DNA from: Vicugna vicugna
Taxonomy: Eukaryota
Assembly: GCA_013265495.1 (NCBI GenBank)
Contig: PNXW01005189.1
Coordinates: 1 to 64,000 of the forward strand
DNA: 64,000 nt
Direction: 5' to 3'
Below the pieces are notes generated by a model that saw only the letters and a list, made by a program, of their open reading frames with translations, was not told where the DNA came from and searched no databases. Of this stretch, positions 1 to 13,838 are shown piece after piece (positions within the stretch are counted from its first letter, which is position 1; every line of letters begins with the position of its first letter). A program made the translations under genes and the position numbers.

Positions 1-1063
1 AGACCCTTGAGATTGCAGAAGAAATCTTTGTCAATGATACGTAATGCCTAAATCAAAGAGTAGGTGGGGCCTTCATCTCTTATTCTAGTCCCTCTGGAAT
101 GTGCCTGAAACCAATAAAGAAGATGAGCTTTGATGGTCCCGATGTAGCTGCACTTTAGAGCTGTTATTTCAAGATCTCTCACTATAAACTGAACTAGATG
201 CACATATTAAATTATTAACAAGCTAGCTTAAAAACTGAAATCAAGGCGAAAACAAGTGGCAGAGGAAAGCTATAAAACAAAGGATCAAAGGCTGTGATTT
301 GATCAAAACTCTCCCAACGGCCTTTGAGCTTTCCTCTTTCCTTGCATCAAGATGCTTTTAGTTGTAATTTCAATCCACTGAGTCGAAGCAGTATTCAGAC
401 AACCTGGAAGCAGGCAGTGTTACTGGTTCAAGCTCTGAATATCTCTAATTTGGTTCTGTTCATCTGAATGGTGAGACATGCCTTTCTGAATTCATTTTTG
501 CTTCTCCACTAAGTCCCATGCTGCACCCCAGCAATCCGAAGCCAATTTCAAATCAACTCCATCCTACTTCGACTTGACTAAGTAAATCAATGACCATGAG
601 TAGGCAATTGAAGATTTTTGTTTTCTTCCCAAATTCAACAAATCTCAGATTTGGAAAAAAAAATTCTCCTAAGTCTCTGAGACCTTTAGGAATTAAAGAG
701 TCAGGAAACTCTCTTTACAGAAAGAAAAATGCATACATTTTTGTATTTATATACTGTTTTTCCTTAAAACATTTCTTTACACATAAGCCATCCTGATTGC
801 CCTCACAACAGCCTTGTGAAGTAAGACATGCATTATCATCCTGATCAAAACTAATCTTAGTAGAAGCTATCTAAGAAACAAAAGAGGAGTTGGTGTTTAT
901 TTCTTGGGCCAAGACAAAATAAAAAATGAGGATAGTTGCTATGTTTGGGGACATGGCATCAGAGGAGGCTTGAAACAAGGTATTTACTAGAGTTTTGGGA
1001 TGATGTTTTAGGCAGCACGCAAAATATTTGAGGATTTATAGCAGCATGCAGAATATTTCCCAA

Positions 1064-1195
1064 CTGCATTAGTCAAGGTTTGATCAGTAAAATAGAACTG
1101 CTAAGAACTGTATATGTGCATGTGAGTGTATAGCTCTTTTGGGTATCGTACACATAAAATGTATTGTACACATAATACATAAAAAAGCTATACAC

Positions 1196-1230
<35 letters not shown>

Positions 1231-1420
1231 GAGAGAGACAGACAGAGACAGAGAGATTGATTCAAGGGGTTTCACCATATTTAATTCTGAGAACTGATGC
1301 AAAGCTATTTTTTTTTTTTTGCATCGGAGCCTGAAATAATCAGGGCAGGCAGTCAGAAAGGGATAATAGATCATGAAGTAGGAGAAAGCAAAGGAAAAAT
1401 AGAAACCATGTGTCAGTGGC
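1064..1420 (-). mobile_element. Possible degraded MaLR/ERVL-type LTR containing a (TACATA)n/(GA)n microsatellite
   Basis: Starts tgcattagtcaaggtttgatcagtaaaatagaac, resembling the reverse strand of MLT2-like LTR ends; simple repeat at about 1190-1256. Boundaries approximate. Confidence 0.3.
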
Positions 1421-2237
1421 CTTCAGATGAGTTAAGGCCATGGACCCAAGGCCACATTCAGAGCATGTTTGTAGTATGCAGTAAATAATGACTGTATGCG
1501 TGTGCCAATTATATAAGATTTAGAACAAAGAAAATAGAAGTACACGTGTGCTAGAGATATTCTGTAAGCCTCACAAACAAAGAGATGCACACTGCGCATG
1601 TGTTGGCCGAGAACAGATAAAAAGCAAGACAGGTGCATCATAGGCTCACGCACCACGCTTTGGCAATAGAATAAAGTGTTGCTAACCCCATGGTGTCTCC
1701 TACTGAAGTCTGCCTGGTGGTATGGCAACTCCTCGTGCATTTTTTCGTTTGGGCCACTTACCTCCTAGAACCCCCCATCAGCCCCCCTCGACTGACATCA
1801 TGATAATGAACTAAACTCAAAGGATTAATTGGAACACATGTTTATCTCTCACTACATGGAAACCTCAAACTTCAGTGATGTAGGTGACCTTATGGAAAAC
1901 CCGGTCCCCTTTGTCATGGCGCAAAACACTCGTGGTTCAGAAGTTGAAAAAGCTAATGAGGAACCAAGAGGAAGCTGGAAGAGGCAGAGACCCAGTGACC
2001 CACACCAACAGGGGTGAGCCCACTCATCTGTAAGTGACTGTGTACCTGACTTACAGCCATCACTGGTACACTTGCTCTGACCTTCCAAACTTAAAACTTC
2101 AGCTTTACATACTCTATTTTCTTAAAGTATTGCTTGAAGCCCATGCAATTTCAGAACTATACAGGGAAGGTTAAATCTGAAAAAGATCCAGTTTAGCCAT
2201 ATTAAATTGATACAAATCTACTTCCCTACTGTCAGGA

Positions 2238-2256
2238 GTGTGTGTGTGTGTGTGTG
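2238..2256. repeat. (TG)n microsatellite
   Basis: gtgtgtgtgtgtgtgtgtg seen directly. Confidence 0.85.
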
Positions 2257-2699
2257 CGTGCATGTGTATGTTAAATGCTTATACAAATTTATAAAGAAGA
2301 CATAAAATTCATAAATATTAAAAGCTAATAAACAATAGCAAGGGAGAGAGAGTGTTCTTTTTATTAAGTATTTAGTAGATTTAAGTATTGTGATAAAAAG
2401 CTAAGCATGTATAAGGTTCAGAGAGTTTAATACTGTATTTACCAGCTTAATACTTTTAGATTCAAGGAATATTTGTGATAAGCCTGAGAAAAAGAATGAC
2501 ATATAAGTTAAGATGTGAGGCTGGGTTAAAGATGAAGAAGATGAGGGCAAAGGAAGTTGATTTTTCCAAGAATGGATCCAGTTTCTAGATTCAGCTGCTC
2601 ATTTAACAATATAAATATAAATGATCAACTTGGTGAAGAGCTTTTGGTGTCATTGTGGAGATTACGTCTTCTATGAAATGAATAGAAGATTGATTGATT

Positions 2700-5220
2700 A
2701 AATAGAATCAGTTAATGTGCAAGCTTCTTATGTTTACCTATTAAGAACAATTATTGCTGTTTAAAAAATAGATGCACTTTTACCAGATTGAGAGTTCTTC
2801 CTATTCAGAGGTTGCTAAAAATTATATTCATAAAATAATTTTGAATTTTATGAAACTGTTTTCTAAGTATTGAATTGATACATTTTTCTTAAAAACGTAT
2901 TTGATCTCTTCTATGAAATTGTTGTAACTAATGTTTTATTTCAGGGAATTTTAAAAACTACTTGTTCAAATTATTTAAGAGATATAGGACTATTGAGGGT
3001 TTTTATTTCTTCTTGAATCCATTCAGGTAAATTTATTTTTTTTTACAAATGTGTCTGTTTTCCTAAGTCTTCAAATTTTGTGGCTAAATATTTTCTATTA
3101 TCCTTTAAATCCTTGCACTATCTATAATTTTGCACTATATTACTATTTAAATGTTTATCTGTGTTGTTTTGGTTTTACTTCATTGATCTCATAGATTTGT
3201 ATATCCTGTTAATTGTGTAATAATCAAATTTTGGCTTTCCTGAACCTCTGTTTACTATTTCTCTGTTATTAAATTCTGTTTTCTGTTATCAAATGTTTTC
3301 TGAATTTTAGTTTCCTCTTTCTTATTGCTTTCCTTGGTTATTGTTCTTTTCCAGTTACTCCTTAGTTAGTTTATCTTTGGTTTCCTTTAGCTCTTTTATA
3401 AGAATTTAAGGCTGACTGTCAAAGTAAAGTTTTTAACATCCCACAAGTTATGTAATTTACTTAGCTTTTAGGTTTTTAAAAATTTTTTAATTTTTATTAT
3501 GATTTAATTTGTAAACCCAGCGTGATTTCATTTTTTTTTAAATGGGGATCTTAATTTACACCTTTGATATTATCTCTTTATTCTATACTGTGGTACAAAA
3601 AATAGTAAGACTATATACTAATATATTTTGACATTTGATGAGACAATTTTATCTTCATTCATGTTGATTTTTATAACTGTTAAATGTGCACTCAAGAAAA
3701 AAACATGTTTAATATTTGTGGATAAAGACTTCTGTCCATGTCTAATAGATAAAGATGTCTAACTACGTTGCTAACACTATCTCCAGCTTTATTTTGGGGA
3801 CGTAGGAAGCCTACTGACTGTTCAGTTTTTTCGAGTGATGTTGAAATAGTCCATTATGATGGAGAACTTGCCAATTTCTCCCTGTCTTTCTCTCAAAAAT
3901 TCTCATGCATTTTGAGGATATTCTATTAGGTGCATGAATTGTAATACATGTCTATTTAATTAAATACTGTATCATTCTATGATGGCCTGTATCTATCCCT
4001 AATAACAAAGTAATTTAAAGGTTATCCTGCACAAATGAATACAATTATATCAATTTTCCCTTCTTTGGTATTTGCCTGATTTATCTTTGGCTAGACTTTT
4101 CCTTTCAGTGTTCACAAATCCTTACATTTTAGTTGTACCTCTTATAATGGCATTTAGCTCCACTTTCTTATTATCTACTTTAAGAATATCATTTACATAA
4201 TGAATAAGGTCTCTCATTTTTTCATAATTATTGACATGTTTGAACATGTGTCAGACTATTCTATTCTTGAATATTTGCTAATTTTTCTTTTCCATGCTTC
4301 TTTCTTCTCCTTTCTTGTTTTTCTTTGATTAACCAAGTTTTTTTTTTTTAGTTGCTCTTATTGTTCATTTCTGGATTTTGCAAATCATAGTTTGTAAAGA
4401 TTACCCTTTTAAAGATGTTGAAGCAATTAATTTCTGATTACTCTCTGCTGACTATATGATTAACTATTTTTGTGACATTTTAGTATCTTATATCTACATT
4501 TTAATTCCATGGGTGGCATGTTATTTACATATCTACATACACAAATGCATATGTGTGTACATTTATATTTTATTTGCACACCATTTCTACCTAAATCTCC
4601 AACTGTACTTCTCACATTATGCCTATTCATTAGAAATACGTCTGATGGAGGACATGTCCTGGCACACTTCTGTTTATCTATATATTTATATTACTTTATT
4701 GCCATTCTTGAAAGAGAATTTTGGTGGGAACACATTTCCAAGTTGACTGTTATTTTCTCTCAAAACATTGAATGTATTTTTTCCTCGCCTTCTGGCTACC
4801 ATTTTTAATATTGAGAAGTCCTTTGTGGTTGAGCTGTATTTCTTATTCTGTGACTATTTTTAATAATTCCTCATTTTTCATGTTCTTTCATTACATTTTG
4901 ATGTGTTTTGGTATTTGTTTCTTCATATTTATTCTGCTTTGAATATATTGTATTTCTGCATCTATGTATTCATGCTTTCAGTCAACTCTGAAATATTCTG
5001 GATAATAATCTCTGTAAGTATTGCTGTTTGTCCACTTTCTCTATTGCCTTCTCCTGAGGATCCATTTAGGAGCATTTTAGTCTCTTCATTCCATCCTCTG
5101 TATATCTCTTAATTTTCTTCTATATTTCTATATTTTTATCAGATTAATTTCGTTGTAAGCACTATTCGTTTTCACTTATTCTAACACTAGTGTATTGTCG
5201 TGTCTCTCTTCTTGTGCTTG
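2700..5220 (-). mobile_element. Old, highly diverged L1 (L1M-type) fragment, antisense
   Basis: Long T-rich tract with antisense L1 ORF2-like phrases (e.g. gatggagaacttgccaatttctccc, ttttgaggatattctattaggtgcat, tggtatttgcctgatttatcttt); no ORF retained. Confidence 0.65.
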
Positions 5221-7504
5221 CTGATCTTTGATTGTGGACTGACTGGATGACAGGAAGCCGTGGAAACCCTGCATGCATGTGTTAGGGATGCTTTCCTCAG
5301 GACTGGATTTACATACAATTCTTCTGGACACCAGAGAATGCTAATGACTCCAGTTCAGTCCCCAGCTGAGGCTTATACCTCAATATAGATGTTCCAGGCT
5401 CAATGCCCACACCAAGCTGCATGACAATGGCTCAGCATGAAGTTCTCAGTGATGCTGTTGGCATCTCCTTTCTGGACAGCCTTGCTTTCTTGTCTGTCCA
5501 TCTCTTCTTAGCACTTACCACTCCTGGTTCTGCCTCTGGATACAGCTCATATATTCTGTTCTTTTCCTTTTCTTTTCCTTTTTCCTTTTCCTTAATTTAT
5601 TTCCTTTCTTTCTTCTGAACATCAAGGAGCTTGTAGACATCCTTTACCCCTTAAAATCCTGGGAATAAAGTTGTCTTATCCAAGATCTAATGGTTCAAGG
5701 CTGGGAGGATCTCTCATCATACTTAGTTAACCATATTACACTTCAACCTAAAGGCATACATTTTTCTTTGATTCTAGAACTTTCTCAGTCATTATTTCTT
5801 TGAATATAACTTCTTTGCCATTTATTCTATTAGATATGGAATAGTAGTAGTAATAGCAATAGAATTCAAGTCAGTAGTAGTAATAGTAATGGTATGTGAT
5901 GGTGATCTTTCCAGTTATTTTGAATAAAGACAGAAATTAATCCATAGACGAGCAACCCAGAGTAGCCTTGTCGACCAAAGGACAGCATATTAGAGGAGAT
6001 AGCATTCTAAAGAATTTACGTTAAGTAAGAAAAAAGACTATCTTTGGGTACTGGCTTTAGAAAATTTTAACAGAAGAAGGGAGAGGCATCTTGTATTTTT
6101 TTATAAATCAATTCTCCAACTGAGAGCAGACCATGGGGAGTGGGTACCATAGGGAGCATTGGTGATAAAGGCTTGCCTCTGAGCAGAGACTCAAAATTAA
6201 TACTCTTCTGGAAGAAGATCATTATTAAAAGAAGCTATCAAACATAAAATTATGATCACCATTCTTTGTGAATTCCTTAGTTTCTGTCTTCTAAAGTAAT
6301 TAATTATCCTGGACATTTCTCAAACTCATCTTCTTGATACTAAAAATCTATTCACTCGGTTTCTCAACCTGTAACCTTCAGAGTCACATTTGACACCATG
6401 TCTTATTGATGCTTCCTCCTTTGCTTCTCTTCTGCTCATTTTTTTTAATCTGCATAGATTCATTGTTTTAGTCACTGCTGATTCATCAGGACAACTGCGA
6501 CTTGGTCTGTCTGCCTTGCATCATTAGAAATCACTTATATAACTTTGGCCCAAATTTTTTCCTCTAGTTCAAATCTGATCCTTCCACTTCCCTACTTGTT
6601 TCATGACTTCAATGTTTTCTGTTGGTTTCTCAGTCTGAGCACTTTGTTTCACCACCTGCATCTATGTTTCCATCTTCTAACACCCCCATCCCTGTCTAAG
6701 TGCCACTGCTTCCCAAAATGCCACTGATATATGACTCTGTGTCACAGATTTTATTAAAATTTTGGAAGGCTGCAATGTAGTGATTATATCGCAGTGTGGC
6801 ACAGAAAGTAATTTATATCATATGGTGGAAATCCCTAGAAATTCATATTCCAAAACACCAGACTCCTCCCTGGGGTTTCCCCTTTTATAATCAAATCAGT
6901 CAGTCAAGGGATTTATCTAAACAAAGCATCACCAGCTTTGGAGGGCAATTAAGCTTCTCCTCTAGAAAGCATGAATTTCAGCAATATTTTTTCCCCCTGA
7001 AATTAGGGAATTCTTCTCTGTCGCTTCCCTCATCCTTCCTCACACCCCACATCAAATGCCAGATGATTAATTTATCCTTCTGTCTGTGCATCAGCAGCCT
7101 TTGGGTTGAAGGCCATTATTCCTTCTCCCAGTCTAGTTAAAAATCATGGACGTTTCCTGTCCAGTGATCTGACTCCTTGGATTTTCAAAGCATTTAATGC
7201 CTTTGAACATTTATTACTTTCTTTATAACATGAGACAAATATTTGTGTCTTTCTCAGGAATACCTGTGTTCCTTAAAGATAGGTATTTTTTCCTGGACAC
7301 AATTTATTAAGTAGCTGGAACAAAGTAGGTATTTTATACATTTTTGGAAGATGAATGATGTTTTTGTTCCTCAAATGTCTCCAAACATATGTAAGCCAAA
7401 TAAATTCTGCCCTCAGAATAACAAAGAAGGGTCCCTTTATTAGTATAATAAAATTTATGAAATCATGAGAAAGCATTATAAAATAATAATCACTAGCACA
7501 AGAA

Positions 7505-7660
7505 TACTAAAATCTATTTATAAATGCCAAGTACTTTAGAATCATTATCACTAACCTTCACAGTATCTCTGAGAAGTAGGTATTAATATCCTGATGTTTT
7601 AGGTGAGGAAATGAGTCTCAGACCTATTAAACAAAGTGTCAAAAGATGAACTTTTAAGAA
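7505..7660 (-). mobile_element. MIR SINE fragment
   Basis: cttcacagtatctctgagaagtaggtattaatatcctgatgttttaggtgaggaaatgag matches the reverse MIR core. Confidence 0.7.
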
Positions 7661-8389
7661 TTTATGTTTGGATATGGCCTCTTACAAGAGAGTATTTTCT
7701 AGCACGTATCACAACATCTTTTTTTTAATAATTCTTGGATTTGTGATATCATTTTATAGTGCATTTTATCTTTTATAAAATAAAAACATCAAGAACCTTT
7801 GAGAGTTTCAAGCACTACAATAGCAATATTATGGTAAACTAGCAGGGGGGTAGGGATAACAATGTCTACCTAAACTTTAGACAAAGAAAGCAAAGATGAG
7901 GCAGAGCAACCATTTTGCAAAAGATGGGGTGGGACTTCAGGTCCCCTCATTACCAATTTCCAGTGTTACCTTCTAGATCCTGGTCTCCTGCTGCAGAGTC
8001 ATTCTCTATTTGATGCTCCTCAGTGTCTTGGCCAATCAAATTTACAATTGTCCAAAGGAGTTGAGGTACTCACCACTTCAGTCTGAGAGATTTTCATGAC
8101 TAAGACTTCTGTTTCTGAGAATTATTGTGCAGTCAGGCCACTCAGGGTGTCTGTCCTTCTTGCTCTCTGTGCGTCCCCTACTCAGCCAGTGCCTGCTTGA
8201 CTGATCTTCCTCCATACTTGCCTCAGACCTCAGCCAGTGATTGTTCTTATCAAAGGGGTGATGAGTGGTGGGCTTGTCTGCTGGTTTCTTTGGCAATAAA
8301 TGAGCCAGTCTGAAGTCAGTTCCCCCCATATCAGCTAACCTCCTCCTGCCCCTAGGAGCAAAGATTGCATCTATGTCCTGCCCACCGTC

Positions 8390-9017
8390 TGTTAGAGCAG
8401 GCAGACAGCTAGATATGAGTAGAGAAAGGGGGATGCAGGCCAAGTGGCAGGAACTGGGCAAAAAGTAGGGCCACCGGCCAAATGCAGGAAATCCTATGTC
8501 ATGTGAACAACAGGGGTCCCTGGATAGAGAAAGAAAAAGAAGAATCTTTGAGCTGATAAGCAGTCACACATTTTGGGTTGAAAAGTAGCCTGGAGGCCAA
8601 CAAAGGAAGGTGGGAGAAGACAGGAATCTCCAGTATCCAAATGTAATCTTTTGCTCATTAGGCCCTCATTTCAATAAAATTAGCCTTGCAGATGAGAAGT
8701 ACCCATCATGCACCTTCTGATCCAGATTAAATGAAGACAAAAATCAGTCCTTTCAGGAACATAAAGTTGGGATGAAAATCAGGGAATACAACCCTAAACC
8801 CTTCACTCCCCAATGAATATTCCACCCATTCATTTTTACATCCTATGTAACCAACTTGCCAAAGAAACTCAGGGCAGCTGCTCACCTGAGCCTGCCCACC
8901 CACCCCTTGGGAGTGTACCATCCATCCCTGAATAAATCCTCTGTTTACTTTCCTAACCTCCGAGTCTTGTCTCTGAATTCTTCCTGGGATGGGACAAGAA
9001 CCCAGTCACTGGCAACA
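8390..9017 (+). mobile_element. ERV1-like solo LTR (family A, copy 1)
   Basis: TG...CA termini (tgttagagcag ... ggcaaca), AATAAA at 8931, 4-bp target-site duplication (TSD) cgtc/tgtc differing by a CpG-type change; homologous to the inverted copy at 47494-48130. Confidence 0.85.
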
Positions 9018-9397
9018 TGTCTGCCACACCCGGTGTGGGGTCGCTCCAGGACCTTGCTTTCGACATGTGCGTGCCCCTGTCCACTAAGACACTGATGTCT
9101 CTGTCACCGACTTCAAGCACTTTCTTTGGTCTTGTAGCTGGAGAAGGCCTTGCAGTCCTGCGAGGTGCAGCCCAACAATGATCAATGTCTGCCATTTCTT
9201 TCTCTGTGTACTTTGATCTGACTGTATTCAGATTTTATCTCTTGGTCTTCATTGCCTACAAATTTTACTGTTTAGGAGGGACAAAGGATATTTCAGTTAA
9301 AACATACCTTTTGCCTGAAATCATGTATGCTTGCTCTGAGTATAAAAGGACCAGTGAACTTGAGAAGCATTGAGTAAGGACAGAACAGGCAGGGTTT

Positions 9398-9533
9398 GGG
9401 ATGGAGTAATAGCTCAGAGGTAGAGCGCATGCTTAGCATGCATGAGGTTCTGTGTTCAATCCCCAGTACCTCCATTAAAAAAAAATGAACATAAAAATAA
9501 ATGGAATAAAATTACCTCCAAAAAAAAAAAAAA
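9398..9533 (+). mobile_element. Camelid tRNA-derived SINE (Vic-1 type)
   Basis: tRNA-like head with A box (tagctcagaggtag) and B box (gttcaatccc), A-rich tail, TSD agaacaggcag at 9382-9392 and 9534-9544. Confidence 0.9.
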
Positions 9534-12529
9534 AGAACAGGCAGTTGTTTTTTTTTCATAGAGTCAACCAATAGTGAGTGACCTACTTTACATCTAATAC
9601 AATGTGAGGCCCTGAGAAAACAGTAGTAAACATGGGGAAGGGACATTATACCTGCTCTCAGTGAACATACAGGACAAATGAAGAGAGCTTAACAGGTGAT
9701 TGAAGCACAGTTTAGCAGGCACTCTGTGACCAAGGTAGGTCCTGACTTAGGCACAGAGACCCCGGGAAGCCTGTCCAGATGAAGTGACATCTCACAGAGC
9801 CACTCCACACAGAAGCACAAGGAAGAGCATTGTAGGAGGAGTGATGTGCAGAGGAAAACGTTAATGACAAGGGATCATGTCAGTTTCGGGGGAACAGTGT
9901 GGCTGAGATGTGACTGTCGAGGAACCGTGGTTCAGACCAATTTATAAAACAAAGCAGGGATGGGGTGGCGGTGAAGGAGAACGTTAGAAAATTCTCTCCT
10001 AGAAACAAACAAAACAATATACAACAACAACAAAAACAACTTAAATACTTATGACTTGCTAATACTATATTATATGCCATTTGAACTTTATTTCTTTGAG
10101 TCTTTTGTTAACTGTTATCTCCTAGAGTCTCCCATTAAAATGCAAATGGAGTTGGAAGGTGTGTTAATCAAAGCCCCTTTATAAACTAAGAAGTTGGTGG
10201 ATTTTATAGAACAGCTAAGGAGTGTAGGTGGAAATGTGCCAAAGGAAACTTCACCCATTCTACAGTTTTGCTGCAGGCCACCTCCACTTATAATTATCAT
10301 ACCCCCTTCCTAAGCCCTGGGAGGAACTATAGTCATGATTCAGTGCCAAGACCTTAAGGCAGGGGCTTCCAGGCTGGCTGGAAGCAAACAGCAGAGAAAA
10401 TGTCATAAGCACATCCTCAACAGATTTCCACCAATTTCTGTAGACTCTGAGATGTGATTCCAAAGTTTTCTGGGTAAGCATCCAACGCGAGTCTTCTGAG
10501 AGTCACCCATCACCAGTCTTTAATCCCTTCAAATGTTTGAGAATGATAATCATATCCCGCTTCCCTTGAGCTGTGAAGATTGCATTTCACTTGGCTCTGC
10601 GTAAATCAATCCTTCTTGACACATAGGCAATGCCTTTACAGCGGGCAGATTTACAATCGCATTGTTAATTTAGGGCAAGATCGGTGTATTTCCACATGCA
10701 CATCACCTCAAAGAATCTAAATGGATAGGCAGGAAGAACGACTGTGCCATATGCAAATCCAAAGCCATTGATTCTGAATATCTGTATTGCTGTTTATCTC
10801 CGATTTTTAACCTCAGAGACATGATAGGTAACCCTTAAGATGTAATGTGTAATTGGTTCAGTCCTCTTGGTAGCCACTGTATTCTTTATTTCATGATTTT
10901 TCAATGTCTTTACCAGCTGGAATTCTGAATCTAAAGAAAGGCATTTTTTTCTTAAAAGGAAGGAAATCTTAATAGAACTTAACAGGCAGATAAAGGAAAG
11001 GGGAGGTATAGATAAAAAAGACGGAAAAGAAGAATGCTGAGTGTGTGGCTTTTGCAGGATTCTTTAAACACTGCCCATGAGGACACCATGCACGCCTAAC
11101 TTTACCATAATTCATTTCCTTCTTTGCTTGCTTCCTTCCTTCCTTTTGTGCTAATGCTGATATGAGTCATGAATTAGGCCAAGAAAATCGGGGATGGGGG
11201 GCGGGATCTAAAATATCCATTTACATAAGATTTCAACAAGGTTGAGCTCAGACTTCCAGTAGCTAGTTTTTCCTCAGACTGTGTCTATATTCACAGGGTA
11301 ACGGAAGTGGACCTGAAATAATACGAGCAGAATGTATAACATGTATTTTATTTATCTGAAATACTATTGTGGCGGAGAGGGCTGAGAATCAATGTACTAT
11401 GCAAGATATACCATTCTATTTTGAAAAACAGTAACATAATTTTAGTATCTATTTTTACATGTAGAAGGAATTTAATGATCAAACTCATATAATTTTGACT
11501 CCCCCCCCCATTCTTCCTTCCTAAACCTTTTTGCCAGACTAGATATATGCCTTTGGCTGTTGACTTGATGAAATGAACCAGATAATTGCCAAATTTTTAC
11601 TTTATTATGTGCCCATGTAGACAGTCTAATTGGACCATATAATGAAATGTTTAAATATATCCATACATTTTGCACAAAATGAAACCCCAACCCAATGCTT
11701 CTCCCAGAACTTGGCCACTAGGGTATTTAAGGATGCACAACTGAAGCTGATGCAGAAGTTCTTTCCCAGATGTTCAGTCTGACCTGGGGCAGCTCAATCA
11801 AAGTTTGTAAGGTTTCCAACATTCCTAGTGGGGATTTTCAGAAAAGGAGGCATATGGATTATTCTGGCAAGTGAATATACAGCCAGAAACCCGTGTGCAA
11901 TGACTCCAGAACTTGAAATCTCCCTGAGAGCAAGTCAAATAGTAATATTTTTATTTGTAACAATAATATTAATAAATAATGAAAGGATCGGTATTAGTGC
12001 TTCTCAAGGAAATGAATCAACAATCCATAATGCAGTGGGAATACAGGAAGAGGGGCTACATGCTGAGAGCCACGGCAAAGACACAGAAATGTTAAAAAAA
12101 AAACCCAAAAGGGGGCTAAAGCTTCCTGTATGACACCTATACGACATAACATGTGGGAGCAAGACAAATGAAGGTTCAGGGCAACACCTCTTCAAGGTTA
12201 TTGTCCACATCCCAAATCAATCAGCTTTCATTCCATACCTTTATGCCAAGATATTCAAGCCATGTCTAAGCCATGAGGAAAACAAATGAGCAAACTCATT
12301 TTTATTTTAGAGCTGTTAATTTCCCAAACCAACAGTTACGCATGAAGAGCTTATCATGTGTTCAAGAGGGTCCTGGGCACTGTGGGCAAGACAGGAATTC
12401 AGGGCTTTGGATGCAGGTTTAAAATTAAATAGTTTTTGTGAGAGTACTCAAGGCATTTGAATTATAATACTATTTTGTAAAAATAAAGGTATCCAACTTA
12501 CATATCCATTCATTTTTTTTTGATATAGG

Positions 12530-12531
<2 letters not shown>

Positions 12532-12574
<43 letters not shown>
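12532..12574. repeat. (CA)n microsatellite, about 21 units
   Basis: Perfect AC run seen directly. Confidence 0.95.
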
Positions 12575-12576
<2 letters not shown>

Positions 12577-13120
12577 ACCACAAATGGATAACAAACCTGA
12601 GGGTTAAAATATGTATAATATTAAATTATTAGCAACAACAATGAACCTGTGTACAATTTGTGGATTAAATGCTATGTTGTGGTAGGTAGTGTAGTTATTC
12701 TAAGAAAGGGGAGCTCATTGATGGTTGAAAGGGATTGTAGGCGATGAAGATTGAATCGAGCCTAGAAGATTGTATTAGCCAGAGGGAACTGCAGACAGCA
12801 TCCTTCCAAAGTTCAAACAGATACACAGGAATCACTGGTATTAGAAAGATTACCAGATAGACCTGAAGTGGAGAGGAACTGTGCTGAGTATGAAAGGTGA
12901 GAGCAATGGGAAATAAAACTGCGTGATGAAGGCAGAATTACAGAAATTAAAGAGACACCGAGAATGTTCCTAATTCTTTCATTCTCTATTTCATGATAAT
13001 ATTGCAGTGTAATGACCTGATTCTTGAGTTTTTAAATGGTTGTCACTCATTGACTCTGCCTCCCCTCCTCACATATTTCAACCCTTACCTCCCTCCTCTC
13101 TGGGAATCACATAGATCAAT

Positions 13121-13838
13121 TGATACAGGAAAACGGGTCATGGGAGGATGGCCATGTCCCAGGTACGAGGCGAGTCCCTGAGACACGCCCCATCAAGTGA
13201 GGGTCCTTGGCTTTGTGCACAGAAGAATTCAGGAGCAAGCCATAGTAGGGTGAAGGTAGATTTATTCAGAGAGATACACACTCCATAGACAGAGCATAGG
13301 CCATCTCAGAAGGCCAGAGAGGCCATGAGGTGTTGGTGGGGGTGTGGGTTAAAGTCAGTTAAAATAAAAGTAGATACGTGCCCCATAAACAGAGTATGGA
13401 TCTTCTCAAAAGGCAAGAAAAATCCCAGGAGATACACATCCCAGAGAAAGAATGCTGGCCTTCTTACTCAGAAGGGCGACTGGTGGCCTAAGAACGTGGG
13501 GTCAGCTGGGAAAATTTAGACTGGCCCCGAGGTGTGGGGACTGTGCATTTTCATGGGCTCAGTAACTTCATATGCTAACAAGTGGGAGGGTTATTCCAAT
13601 TACTTTGGGGAAGGGGCTGGGATTCCCAGGAAGTGGACCATCACCCACTTTTTGACCTTTTATGATCAGCCTTGAAATTGTCCTGGCACCTGTGGGAGGC
13701 TCATTTAGCAGCCATTGTATTTCCATGGGCGTCTGTTGAAGCACAAGTTCTACTGGGAGGTGGATCTTGTGCCATCTTGGTGCTCATCGCTGTGTCATTT
13801 TTTAGAGGTTGTGCCCTGCCCCTTTCTCTCCTGTGTCA
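13121..13838 (-). mobile_element. ERV1-like solo LTR (family C)
   Basis: tgatacagg ... ctgtgtca termini, tttatt (AATAAA on minus) at 13261, flanks caat/ctat (3/4 TSD match), three internal imperfect repeats beginning agatac. Confidence 0.75.

Noticed and set aside
9398..9475. tRNA-like sequence (also at about 15260-15337 and 34683-34759)
   Set aside because: These are SINE heads with A-rich tails and TSDs, not tRNA genes.
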